64,000 nt of DNA from Podarcis liolepis (Eukaryota), in assembly GCA_965112155.1 (NCBI GenBank), contig OZ218103.1. The stretch is one strand, 5' to 3'. The stretch's first letter is position 1. Each line of letters starts with the position of its first letter. Made by a program: the position numbers and the translations under genes. This document shows, in pieces, positions 41,146 to 53,050 of this stretch. Below the pieces are notes generated by a model, which worked only from the letters and a program-made list of their open reading frames with translations, was not told where the DNA came from and searched no databases.

Positions 41146-41614
41146 AACACGCATCCTATACCAGGGTTTCCTGCGCACCTCAAAGGAACTCACACAATTT
41201 TACAAAAAGCTTACTGTAGAGTTGTAGCACTACTCTGGTATTATATTTCACCCCACGTGTGCATTTTAGAAGATCCAACTGGTGTAATAACATTAGTTAC
41301 TCCAACTTATATAATATGCCTCTTCTCACATTGAGTAACTTTGGCTAATTACTTAGTGCCTTTGTGTTAATACTCTACTTTCATCAAGGGACCTCTGATA
41401 GCCTTATTGATCTCATAGCGGAACAGGTGGTTGTAGGCAAGGACTACAGAAGGAAGCAGCTAGATGCTATCAGAAATCCGATGTGTGGCACAAGTCCTCC
41501 TCTCCTCCCCCAGCAAACCCTTTAACTAGTTCTCTAGACCTAACTGCTAAGCATCTCCTTTCCATCCCAGAAGTGTCAGTCATCTACCACTCTGAAATTT
41601 TTGATACCTTGCAG

Positions 41615-41741
41615 GCAGCAAAAGGCCTACATTGCCACACAGGGACCCCTTGCTGAAACTACAGAGGATTTCTGGCGGATGCTGTGGGAGCACAACTCTA
41701 CCATTGTGGTGATGCTGACCAAATTGCGAGAGATGGGGCGG
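41615..41741 (+). CDS. PTPRF: PTPRF exon, D2
   Basis: ttgcag| [42 protein letters not shown] |gtaagc; 127 nt. Confidence 0.96.
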
Positions 41742-42653
41742 GTAAGCTAGCACTCTCAGCTACTAAGTGATGTCTATTCTGGGGCTGTTTCTCCAGTGAG
41801 ATTCCAGGTGTATGGCCCAGTCTTGGGAGCAAATATTTTGCTTTCATTCTCCTAATGCTAGAGGGTACTGAAGTCACTGCTAAAGGTGAAGCTCATTGCA
41901 CTGACGTCTTCAGCCTGTAACTGTTTTGTGGGAGGGATTCAGTTGCATACGAGTAAATTTAGGTTTGTGCTATTGAAGTGAATTAAAACTCTTGCACAAC
42001 AACAAAAACGACTTTTTTTTGGTGATGGGAAAATGCACCAGAAATATAGCAACTGATCAACATGAAGTCATATAACCTCCCCACAAACAAATCAGGTGAT
42101 TGCTGAATAAACAGTGAGCATTGTATAACCTCCTTGTCAGCTTTATTTAAATAAATCAGAATGTATGCTCAATAAGCACGCAATCTGCAGGAGTCATTCA
42201 TCTCCAGCTACATGGCTGACTAGCTCTGCTGGGACCCAGTTGGTGAACAAGTATCCTCTGCAACCATCAATGGACTTGATCCCCCTGGCCCGCTCAAACT
42301 TTAAGAGGAGCTAGCAGCTTCAGGTTTCTTGCTTTGCCCAGAGCCAGCAAAAAACGGGCATTTGGGCTAGAACTGAGGTTTTCTACCTAGTAACTTGGCA
42401 TGGAAGAGCAGGCTGATTGCTAATCAGGAAGTCGTGGGAAATGGAGGCGTGCAGGAGCAAGGGGAGCCTAATCATGGCAGGAGGGAAGAAATAGATCAGT
42501 GTCTTGCTGCGCATATTAGAGCATGGAGTTGTGTGGGTATTGTACTACCCAACAGGACAAGATGTCAAAAGGCACCTCACTCTAAAATATTCAAGTTTCA
42601 GTCACATCACACATTTTGACTGTAACAATTCTGACTCTTCCTTTGCTTTTCAG

Positions 42654-42779
42654 GAGAAATGCCACCAGTACTGGCCAGCAGAGCGTTCTGCTCGGTACCA
42701 GTACTTTGTGGTGGATCCCATGGCTGAATACAACATGCCCCAGTACATTCTGCGTGAATTCAAGGTCACTGATGCCAGG
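42654..42779 (+). CDS. PTPRF: PTPRF exon, D2
   Basis: tttcag| [42 protein letters not shown] |gtgagt; 126 nt. Confidence 0.96.
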
Positions 42780-43165
42780 GTGAGTACCGCACAGCCTACC
42801 CTGAATTCCCCAATATTTATTTCCCATTACTGCTCAGAAATTGCAAGTAGAACAGGACAGAAGGGCTTTATCTTCAACGTGCATCCGATTGTCCATTGCT
42901 TTATCACTCTCTGCATTGGTGTTACTGTGTGTCAAGTGGCTGAGACAGCTGGAAAGCAGAAGCAAGGATTTCAGTTGTGTTTATATCTACTACACCCTGC
43001 TATATAAAACAAAATACTCACTAAGGGGCAAAAGAAATCTGCTTAGGTCGGCTGGGCCTCCCCTCCTCAAGGCTTTTCTGGCACCAGTAGGAAAGGCCTG
43101 ACCATGAAGGTTGCCGTGCGTTTTGAGAGGATGCAGTGACTATATCTCCCTTTAACCACAACTAG

Positions 43166-43320
43166 GATGGACAGTCAAGAACCATCCGGCAGTTCCAGTT
43201 CACGGACTGGCCTGAGCAGGGAGTACCAAAAACTGGAGAGGGCTTCATTGACTTCATTGGGCAAGTTCATAAAACCAAGGAGCAGTTTGGCCAGGATGGG
43301 CCCATCACTGTACACTGCAG
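43166..43320 (+). CDS. PTPRF: PTPRF exon, D2 WPE loop
   Basis: aactag| [51 protein letters not shown](S) |gtaagt; 155 nt. Confidence 0.96.
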
Positions 43321-43626
43321 GTAAGTTCTGCTGTTTGCTTGTCCGTGGAAGCTGGCTAGGTGCTGTGTGCCAGTGGTGAGGAGGCTGGGGTCATCAGGGA
43401 AAGCTAGATTACTACTGCAGAGATGGCCTCACCTTTCTAGGTATAGAAGCCATTTCCTTGGTAAAAGGCAGGGGAAATCTCTGCTTTGTAGTTTTGAGCA
43501 CACAAAAACATTGTGGCACTTGTAGAGAGATATTTTAGCTTTTGGGAGAGCTTCTTTTGATCTTTGTGATCTTTTGATGCTTCAGTTCCCTTTCACTGCG
43601 TCTCTTTCTCTCTTCCTTATGTGCAG

Positions 43627-43762
43627 TGCGGGGGTCGGACGCACAGGGGTGTTCATCACATTAAGCATTGTACTGGAGCGCATGCGCTATGAGGGCGTAG
43701 TTGACATGTTCCAGACTGTGAAGACCTTGAGGACACAACGACCAGCCATGGTGCAAACAGAG
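43627..43762 (+). CDS. PTPRF: PTPRF exon, D2 P-loop
   Basis: gtgcag| [45 protein letters not shown] |gtaaac; 136 nt. Confidence 0.96.
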
Positions 43763-43972
43763 GTAAACCACCAGCCACATGCTTGCTGCTGCACAGAGGA
43801 CTGGGGGCAAGCATTTAAGACCAAAACTTTGCTTTCACTTGCTTTCAGTATGGAAAAGGGATGTAACTTTCTCTGTAAGTAGGCATATTCCATATAAATC
43901 ACATCAAGCAGCCACCAATCTTGCCCCCATTCCCATGTTGATGTGTTCTATGAGCTTTATAGGGTATATACA

Positions 43973-44346
43973 ATCTTCTCCTTTGGTGATCACTCATAGC
44001 CGAGTAAGATTGTCTTCCATAAACACAGTTTTAACAAAGAGTCCGTAAGTGACTGTGGAGGCCAATTCTGGATCCACACGTCCTTCCACAGTGGGGACAT
44101 TGGTTTCTGGGTGGGAGTTGATCACGATGTGGATTTGCCAAGCGTGCCTTCCTCTTAGCACATTTCTCCCTTGCATCCTGAGTTCGCGTGTCTTCAAAGC
44201 CCATGACACCTTTGGTAAAGGCTGTTCTCCAATTGGAGTGCTTGCAGGCAAGTGTTTCCCAATTGTTGGTGTTTATACTACATTTTTTTTAGATTTGCCT
44301 TGAGACAGTCTTTAAACCTCTTTTGTTGACCACCAGCATTACGCTA
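43973..44346 (-). mobile_element. RTE-clade LINE, 5'-truncated 3' end
   Basis: Minus strand reads GGQQKRFKDCLKANLKKCSINTNNWETLA...CPHCGRTCGSRIGLHSHLRT (C2H2-like), then a GAA-type tail. Confidence 0.8.
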
Positions 44347-44979
44347 AGCTATGACTGGCACAGTATCTACAGCATCTTCTGAAGCCTGTAAAAGGCTTTA
44401 AAAAGGTGAGACAGCTGGATCAGTCAAGACTGATGAAGCCACATCAGAGCACCTTCCAGCCAAGATTTCTCACCATGAGTTAAACCCCACTCTGGATTAG
44501 TCCCAAAAGGTAGCCATGGTTATACTGTGCAAAATAACAGTGCCAGCAAGCATTTGCAAAGGATTACACATGGCTAGTGGCTATCCTCTGGTTAGAACCC
44601 ATGGTGTTTTCTGGTCTAACTTGATGGCAGCTTGGATTGGCCTCTCTTTCACCTGATCAATGCGACCTTTGATTCTGTGCTGTTCTTTGTGTAGTGCAAG
44701 GATATCAGAACCAGTGGTTGGATGGGTCGTGAGACGGAGAGCAGAAATCCATAATTCATCCTCCTTTTTATATAGAACTCCCAATCTAAGCTTACTGTAC
44801 TAATCTGAGCAAAATGGCCCCTCTTTACATCAGATGCAGGGCTTGGTGCTAGCCAGCTGCCTCTTTTAGAGTGAGGTGGTGAAGGAGTCCGCTTGCAGGT
44901 ATTTGCACCATGATGTGATAGAAGTGGTGGTCTCCTTTAGAGGCTTTTTGCTTATCCCATTCTCTTCCTTCTTCTCCAG

Positions 44980-45048
44980 GACCAGTATCAGCTGTGCTAC
45001 AGGGCTGCACTGGAGTACCTTGGCAGCTTCGATCACTATGCAACGTAA
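44980..45048 (+). CDS. PTPRF: PTPRF terminal coding exon, including stop
   Basis: ctccag| [22 protein letters not shown] (TAA at 45046-45048). Confidence 0.96.
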   Translation, partial: DQYQLCYRAALEYLGSFDHYAT

Positions 45049-46530
45049 CTAGCACTTTCAGCCAGTTGCAGCGGGAATGTCCAAGAGCAGAGACGGGTTC
45101 TTCCCAGCCAGCCGCCCATTTGTTAGTCCTTCTGTGCAGATGCTGCTGCTGTTGTTGCAGCATCAAGCCTCCCCATGACCAACCAGTTCTGACCACAGTA
45201 TTTGGGTTCATTGCCACAGCGCCAAAGGTGGGACCAGCTTCTAGCGTTTCCAATTTCCAGATGAATTTCTGTTAATGCCCCCACTCCTCCTCCTCCCCTT
45301 GACAGCATTTCATGGTGAGAGTCACTGGGTGGATGGAATGGGATCTTTTATATATGTAAAATAGTTAAACTTAGTCTTTTATATCTTTTCTTTTTTAAAT
45401 TCTTTTGCAAGTCTTAATGTTTTGCTCAAGCAAAACAGAAGAATGGAGGTGGTGGGGTTTGAATTTCCTTTTGCTTCCCCCGCCCTTAACTCTTTTGTTG
45501 TCTCAATCAAGGTGGTGCTGCCCATTTTCGGGCAGCCCCAGGTTAATATTAGTGGCTGGCTCACAGCTCTGGGACCCTTCCACTCCCTCTTCAGTCCTTT
45601 GTAGAATATTCAATTTCACAGAGCTGGAGCCAACTTAATGCTTATTTCTAAAGCCTTTTATTCATAAGCCTGTCTGTCAGGTGGGACTCCAGCAGCTATT
45701 AGATGCTTGGTCCTATTGACATGTGTCCAGTGACCTCATATTTGTCAGCAGATCCCTTATGAACTTTCCATTTGAGTGAGAGACCCACTGCTTGGGATTC
45801 TCTTGTTAAGATGGGGGGGGGGATGTGGCATCCTTGCCGCACGAAAACCAAGTTCCCAAAAGGGACCTGACCGACACATTTATTTAGTTCTTTCTGTGCC
45901 AGTAGCATCCTGAGGTGCTGTTGCCTAGGCAACTGTGGCCAACCAAGTGCATTGGAGCACCTTCCAAGGTGAAAGAGCACAACTCTGGGAAGTCAAGCCT
46001 TCCTGCACAAACAACCCCGGCATGGGGGTGCCTTGGCTATTAGGGAGGGAGGGGTGGGATTCTTCAGGTAAGGAATTCAGTTCTCAGAGGCTGAGTGTAA
46101 CTATAATTTCTGCTATCCTGTACCACATTTAAAAGTCATTAGAATGCTGTATTTTTCACTATGACAGGATGGTCTAATTAACCAATGTGGCAAGGCTACT
46201 GGACTTAATTTAACGGTACTATATATTAATACTCCTTATTCTCTCTCACTTGCACTAAAGGCAGGGAGATTACAGCCTTCTCCCAGGTGCATAGTTCTAT
46301 AAATAAAGGTGGTGGAAAGGTCTCTAACTATATTATCCAATGTAGTCAAATTACATTGAAATCAACAATCCTGGGTTGGTGATGTTGGAGAGAACATTCA
46401 TTTTTACCTTGTGAAAGCATAGTGCTGTAGGGGTCACTGTTGTATACAGTCTGTTTTCTATTTGTTAATAAAAATCTACAGCATCATTGCATAATTCTTG
46501 ATGTTAATAAATTTGAATAATCGGGTTTCC
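45049..46530 (+). other. PTPRF: PTPRF 3' UTR (end approximate)
   Basis: Follows the stop codon and runs to AATAAA signals with a downstream GU/U-rich element. Confidence 0.7.
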
Positions 46531-46560
46531 TACATGTTCGTTTTGCTGTCTTGTTTTATT
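46467..46560 (+). terminator. Polyadenylation signals
   Basis: AATAAA at 46467-46472 and 46506-46511, followed by tgttcgttttgctgtcttgttttattt. A further AATAAA lies at 46302-46307. Confidence 0.7.
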
Positions 46561-46901
46561 TGCCAGTTAGCAGATAAACCTGTAGTTACCCTGGCAGGAG
46601 CTCCAAAAGACCACAACTCTGTGGGAGTGAATCCTACCTGTCCATGTGGTGGAAAGCAGAACTCAAACAAAATTCTGTGAAAGCGAAATGCTCTTGCTTG
46701 GCTGCTCACACAGACAAGAAAAAGGAGGAGCGGCTGGAACAGTTCGCCTTTCAGTAGAAGAAGGGTGTGCCATGAATCATTTCCACATGGACAATTTGGC
46801 TGCTGAAACAATAGCACTTACATGATAGTATGAAAGTGCTTCTGTTTGTAATACACTACATGTGTCATATATGGGAATGTTGAGGGTTGCAGGAGAGGAT
46901 A

Positions 46902-47127
46902 CAGTGGTACCTCGGGTTACAGACGCTTCAGGTTACAGACTCCACTAACCCAGAAATAGTACCTCAGGTTAAGAACTTTGCTTCAGGATGAGAACAGAAA
47001 TTGTGTTCCGGCGGTGCGGCAGCAGCAGGAGGCCCCATTAGCTTAAGTGGTGCTTCAGGTTAAGAAGAGTTTCAGGTTAAGAACGGGCCTCCGGAACAAA
47101 TTAAGTACTTAACTTGAGGTACCACTG
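46902..47127. mobile_element. Tc1/mariner (Tigger-like) MITE
   Basis: TIRs cagtggtacctc / gaggtaccactg, TA on both sides. Confidence 0.9.
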
Positions 47128-48488
47128 TATATTGATTCCTTCCTAACTTGCGCTAGCAAGTTTCTTCACCTAGTAGAGTACATTCCCCCTTTATGCAGCA
47201 AAAAACTGGTTGCAGACTTGTGTGAGCCTCTTAAGACAATAAACAATTCAATCTGGCTTGCCCTGGTAAGGCCTCTTTGATCCCTCCTAAAAGAATAAAG
47301 GCACCATAGTGTTATTCATAAGTAACAAAAAGTAGTTTTACTCACGATCAGGCAGAGCACAGTGTGATCTCTGAAGGCAGGCTTGGGGCTTAAAGTTACA
47401 AATATGTACAAACAGGTTTACCCCATATGGGATATAACCTGGGGAGACTGCTGGCTGGCAGTCAGCTAGCAGTCCAGTCCAGGTGAATCAGGAAGTTTGC
47501 AGGATGAAAAAGAAGATCGAAGAGTGGGGAGGTGGCTGTGTGACTTGGCCTTTTACCAGGTCTGGAAAGGTCACGCCCACCTACTAGTCACATGCAAAGA
47601 AGGATGCTCCAGGCCAAGAGGGAACAGGAAGTTTGACTGGCTGGATCAACATCCCCTGCATGACCACTCCAGCAAAACAGGTAATGTTGTACTTGACTGC
47701 TCCCAGTGGATTACATCCCACATCATACCACCAGTAGCATGAGTTATTGGCACCCGGGGCCAGCAAGCCACCAACACTGCCAGTGCACCCCTCCACCAAA
47801 GCCAAGCAGGACTGCGCCGCCTGCCCACCCACATAGTCATCACCCAAGTGAACCTCACTCTTACCTCCCTGCTGCTGCTACTGCTGCACCACCATCTTTT
47901 TTCCCCCAAGCTAAATTTACAAACCCTTTATTTAAAAAAGAAAATAGGGATTTACTGTCCAAAACATCACTTAACAGCTTGAAAAATCTGCATTTTGGCC
48001 CCATGTTTACATGCTAAACTTTATCGTAATATCCTAGACATGCACACAACCATAGCTATGCACATTCTACATTTATGCAAACAGGAGGTATTCTCAGAAA
48101 GTGTGGGGCGGTAGGAAAAGTTACTGCCGCTCCACACAGCAAGTTGTGTTTCCTTTGTTGTAAGGCAGCTACACACAAAACTGCAGCTACAGAACCTGTG
48201 CAAAAGTTTTCAGGACACAAAAGGGTTTGGATAGGGGAGGTCTCTTCTGCCTTCCCTCCCACAACACTAATACACTGCCTGCCTCTTGCTATCCGAGAGA
48301 AAGAGAATAGCATCCACGTTGAAAGAAAGGAAACAAACCTTACTTAATATTTTTTTGGGAAACTATCCACCATGCTAAGTGCAAAATTATTCATGGGGTA
48401 ATACAGGTGCCTGAGAAACAAACTTAACACTCCCTTTCCCTCCAGATTCCACTGCCAAAGATCTGGAAAGCTACTTTATAGGCATGTA

Positions 48489-48713
48489 CAGTGGTACCTC
48501 AGGTTAACAACGCTTCAGGTTACAGATGTTTCAGGTTACAGACTCCACTAACTCAGAAACAGTACCTCGGGTTAAGAACTTTGCTTCAGGATGAGAACAG
48601 AAATCGTGCAGCGGCAGCAGGAGGCCCCTTTAGTGGTGCTTCAGGTTAAGAACAGCTTCAGGTCAAGAACGGACCTCCAGAACGAATTAAGTACTTAATC
48701 TGAGGTACCACTG
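48489..48713. mobile_element. Tc1/mariner (Tigger-like) MITE, same family as 46902-47127
   Basis: Same TIRs and TA flanks; shared internal ttaagaactttgcttcaggatgagaacagaaat. Confidence 0.9.
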
Positions 48714-51700
48714 TATTTAAATGCCATTGGTGGTGTTCAATGAAGTTTTACTCAGAGCAGACCTACTGAAATTAATGGACCTAACTTAAGTCATGTTCAT
48801 AAATTTTCATGTGTCTTCTCCAAGTAAAACTTAGTTGAATTACTAAGTAAAAGCAGCTTAAGATGATCATCACCTCCCCTTAGTCAGGATCCTACATACA
48901 TGCATAAACCCACTTAAAAGACCTGGAAACAGCACAAGAGGTGGGGGGGGGGGGACAACGTGCTTTGCACAGTTTGGGAAGTTTCTAGTAAAGCCATGCA
49001 AATCTCAAGAAAATGAGCCAAGCCACACATAGCTTGACTGGTGCTCCCAATAAAGGGGATACATTTTCCTATATAAGCACTGTTTTGAACCAATTTAGCT
49101 TTCCTACAACTTTTGCAAGTACAAAATTTTTTTCTAGCATGTTGGAAGTTTTCTTGTTATGTATATTTACAGGCAAAGTTCCTGTAGAAAGAGAGCAGAT
49201 TTTCATTTTCTGCTGTTGACCCCCCACATTAAGGTCAACCACCTTCAATCTGGAATCCTCACTACCTGTTTTCAGCCCTGAAATAAGTCTAATGGTGTGT
49301 GTTTAAGAATCTTCAGACTATAGTTTCCTAAATAACCACAGTTAGCCACATCATAGCTCTCCGGTCTTAGCTCCTATGTCTGTTTCTGGAGCCAATTTCT
49401 GGTGCTGCTTTTTAACTTCCAAATGCCTAAATGGCTTACAGGGCCTAGGTATCTCAAGGACTACCTGCTGCCAAACAAGCTGCTCACCCTAAGATCTTCA
49501 TGATGTGCTTTTTTTGCACGATTATAAGGTGATCAGGGATATGATTTTTGTTTTGTTTTGCAGCATCTTGCTTTTGGAATCTGCCTCCCGCTGCTATCTC
49601 TGTTATCTTTTCATTGCCAGGTAAAGGCTTTTCTAAAAAAAATCTGTCTGGATTTGACAGGATATGGGTTTATCTGGCTTAAGTGCTCTCTTGTTTTGCA
49701 GTCATCTTCTGTGTTGTTGTATTTTTATTGCTACATACAACATTTCAAACTTTTGCAAACTGCTCTGGTAGGCTGTATATACTGGGGGGGGTGTCTGTGT
49801 CCCCAAAGACGTTGTTGAACTTCCGTTCCATCATCCCTGGCCACTGGCCATGCTGGCAGGAGCTAATGGGAACTAGAAGTTCAGCAACAGTTGGAGTATC
49901 ACAAGGCTTCAGTCCTAGTACTGTTCATGTTAACTATTAATCAGTGCTTCTCAGACTCCTACTTCATCAGCTAAACAGGCCCAACATTTCCAGCTTCTCA
50001 TGTAACATAGAATGCATGCAGTTGAGAACTGAGGCTGCAAATTTTGTTCCAATTTAAAAGCAGTCTTTCTTAAACAGAGTGACCTATGCTGGACACACTA
50101 TTTCAGGGAAGGTCTCACCCAAGTACCGTAATCTAAGAATTATAATTTTCCTCCTTTGCTGATGCCTCAAATTGGAGACTGCAGCTAATATTTTAGATGC
50201 AAAGGGGGCAGGCAGTTCTGCAAGTAAATCTACTTCCTCTTCTGAAACTAAAAGGGGTGGAGGAATGGGAATGGAAGGTCAGTTTCAAGCTCTTGTTCCA
50301 CCCAGTTGCCCATACAGATCATAATTTGAAATGGGAAAACCTAATGTTCCTGACTTCAGAAGGTAAAAGTACAAGACCTGCAACTACTATTGTTTTTGAC
50401 ATGAGCACTAAGGTAGTTACAGAGATGCCTATGGATAGTGCACAAGAGGAAGAGAATTAAAAGGCAGCAGGTGATATTTTTTTTATGGTGATGCAGATTC
50501 AAAAAAGGACTTGGTAGAAGTTGTGTCCAATTTGCCACTATATAGGGGCAAAACCTACCCAAAAGTGATTATCAAGTAAAGCTGGAAATTATCTTGCCTG
50601 GTTTTATCAGATGAAAAATCAGCCTTTGTGTACTGACCAATCAGAATCTTCTAACCAAGTAAACTCATGAACATGCTTTATACGTAATACTGGATTTTTG
50701 CTCTGATGTTTGAAAAACAAAATTCTCTAGCCTTCCTACACACGGCTTCATTTTCAGTAAAATGTAGCATAAGTCCCATAGCCATGATACAAGCAATGTG
50801 AACTAGCAAGAGCTATTTTATGGTGCATATTGTTTCTTATATAACTGGGTGGGGAAGAAGGAATATCTTAATTAATGCTTAATTTTTAAATAAAAGGTAT
50901 GGAGTCAATCTTCTGAAAATCATATTTAGGCTTTCTTACATGAAAGCTCTTTCCTTGTCCATAGATGTGCAAAGAATACTTGACAGGGGGATGGGGCTAG
51001 AGATTATGAGATTGTGACATTCTGCACATGTGTAATGGCACATGTTCCTAAATAACACCCTTCAACTGTCCTGATTTAAGTGAGACATCCCATTTTGGGG
51101 GGCCGTGCTCTCATGAGAGTCACATGGCCCTAAAAAAACCCACATTTTTGGTGTGGGGTGCTTTTACTCAAGTCACCTGGCTCTCACAAGATCGCGGCCC
51201 TGAAATATGTGTGTTCCAGTTTTCCTCTGGGGCATGTTGGAGGGTATAAAATAAGTGCTGTACAAGACCTATTGCGATGAAAACAGCAGGGTTAGAAATT
51301 GCAGTTCTACCAAGTCAAACTTTTACCTGACATCACTGCTATTTGAACAGGTAGACACAAAAATGAAGTCTCAGTAGCCTGCTGCCGACACCTCTACCAG
51401 GCTTTAGTTCATGATCACTTAGTGGCCACAGAACAAAGACATATTCAGCTTTCCTTTTTGGGAGTGTCTCTTAACTTGCTAGTTCTAAACAATGCAAGAG
51501 GGAGGAGTTGTCTTTAGACCAGCAGTGCTGTGTTGCCTTGGCTGTCGGCTATTCATAGGCCTGTACCTGATGGGAGCTTATACATATTATTTTAAAACAG
51601 GCATGGGGAAACTGTAGCCCTTCAAATATCCAACACCCATGAGCCCAAAAAGCAAGATCAGGGATGATGGGAACAGTAGTCCAGGGCAGTGGAGGACTTT

Positions 51701-52865
51701 GAGCTTTAAAACTGTGACATCAAAATTTGCTGCCCCCTCCCACCTCTCGGCTTCTGTTATTTGTCAGTGTTGAGATGCCTTCTTGGCTTGACGCCCAATG
51801 CAGCCAAACCAGTTGCACTCCTCTAAATCTGCCTCTGTCCAAAAACACCTGGAGGATGACAAGTCCCCCATCCCTGTATTAAAACTAAAAAGTAAAGGGG
51901 AAACAACAATGTTACTTGAAGGGAGAAATACATGAAGACATCAGCCAGCAGGAGCAGTATCTTCTAGTGGCTTTGGGTAATTAACCAGTCTCTAGCCTGC
52001 TCAAGAAAGGCAGGTCTTTCCTTCCACTATAATCTTTTCTGGCATTCAAACTCAGTTTAGCCCACATGTAAACTGATTTGCTGGATGGATTTGAGTTCTG
52101 CATGTGTTAGCTTTTCAGTTTGCAAAAAACACACCACCTTTCCTCTGTAGGACTATTCACCCACCTCTACCTATGCACCAGTGATGTTGGAGGACATTTT
52201 GAGGAAATCAAAATTTAAAAAGGCTTGACAGAGCCAGCAAGTGAAGATCAGTGAGAAGGCTGCAGAATAAGGGGACAGTTTTAAATAAAAGCTCAGGTGT
52301 CCTTTATGTGAAATTCAGATCCATAACCCCAAGAAAATATGGAGGAAAGGGTGGGAACATTCTGATACTGTAGGTCATAATCAAGAATGGCTTTTAGATG
52401 ATACACGCCAAAGTTTGTGGCACATGGGGAAGTGCTATAATGATTCATCAGGAATTGAGAATAGCAGTGTCCCCTCATTAACTATCAGGCATGGACTCAA
52501 TTGCCTTTAGTTGCCAGAGCAACCAAAAGGAACAGAAGAAGTCAAGCTGCTCCAATTAAAGGCAATTTAATGTCCCTACTCAGTACACTCATTGTGTAAT
52601 AATATGTGCAGTCAAGGCATCTCATCAACAAAACTTAGCAAATAGCTGCTTAGGGCAACATCATCCACTCAAGCCAGGGATAAAGCTCCACTAAGACTGG
52701 AGAGAAACAGCATCTGGCTCAGGTTGTCAAGATCCAATTTCTAGCAAAAAATGCAAAATGAGCTGCATTTTGTGCATTTTAGCTGTTATTTATGTCACCT
52801 TAGTTTGCATTGCAGAAAGAGTAGGAAGGAAAAGAGACAGTAGTGAGGAACACTGCTCACTGTTT

Positions 52866-53050
52866 CATAAGAACCTAAGATCTCTGCAAGATTAGACCAA
52901 AAGTCTATCCAGTCCAGCACCCTGTTTCTTCCAACAGATGCCAGCCAACAGTCTCCAGAAAGCCCACAAGCAAAGCACAAAGATTTAACCTGCTGTATGC
53001 TTCCAGCAACTTCTACAAAGAGCTGGCACACTTCCAAACATGGATTAACA
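52866..53050 (-). mobile_element. CR1 / Squam3-like 3' fragment
   Basis: cataagaacctaaga...gattagaccaaaagtctatccagtccagcaccctgtt; similar degraded pieces at ~6000-6090 and ~28458-28510. Confidence 0.45.

Noticed and set aside
47706-48017. His/Pro-rich ORF of 103 aa
   Set aside because: Low-complexity CA-rich sequence with no recognisable domain and no convincing splice or start context.
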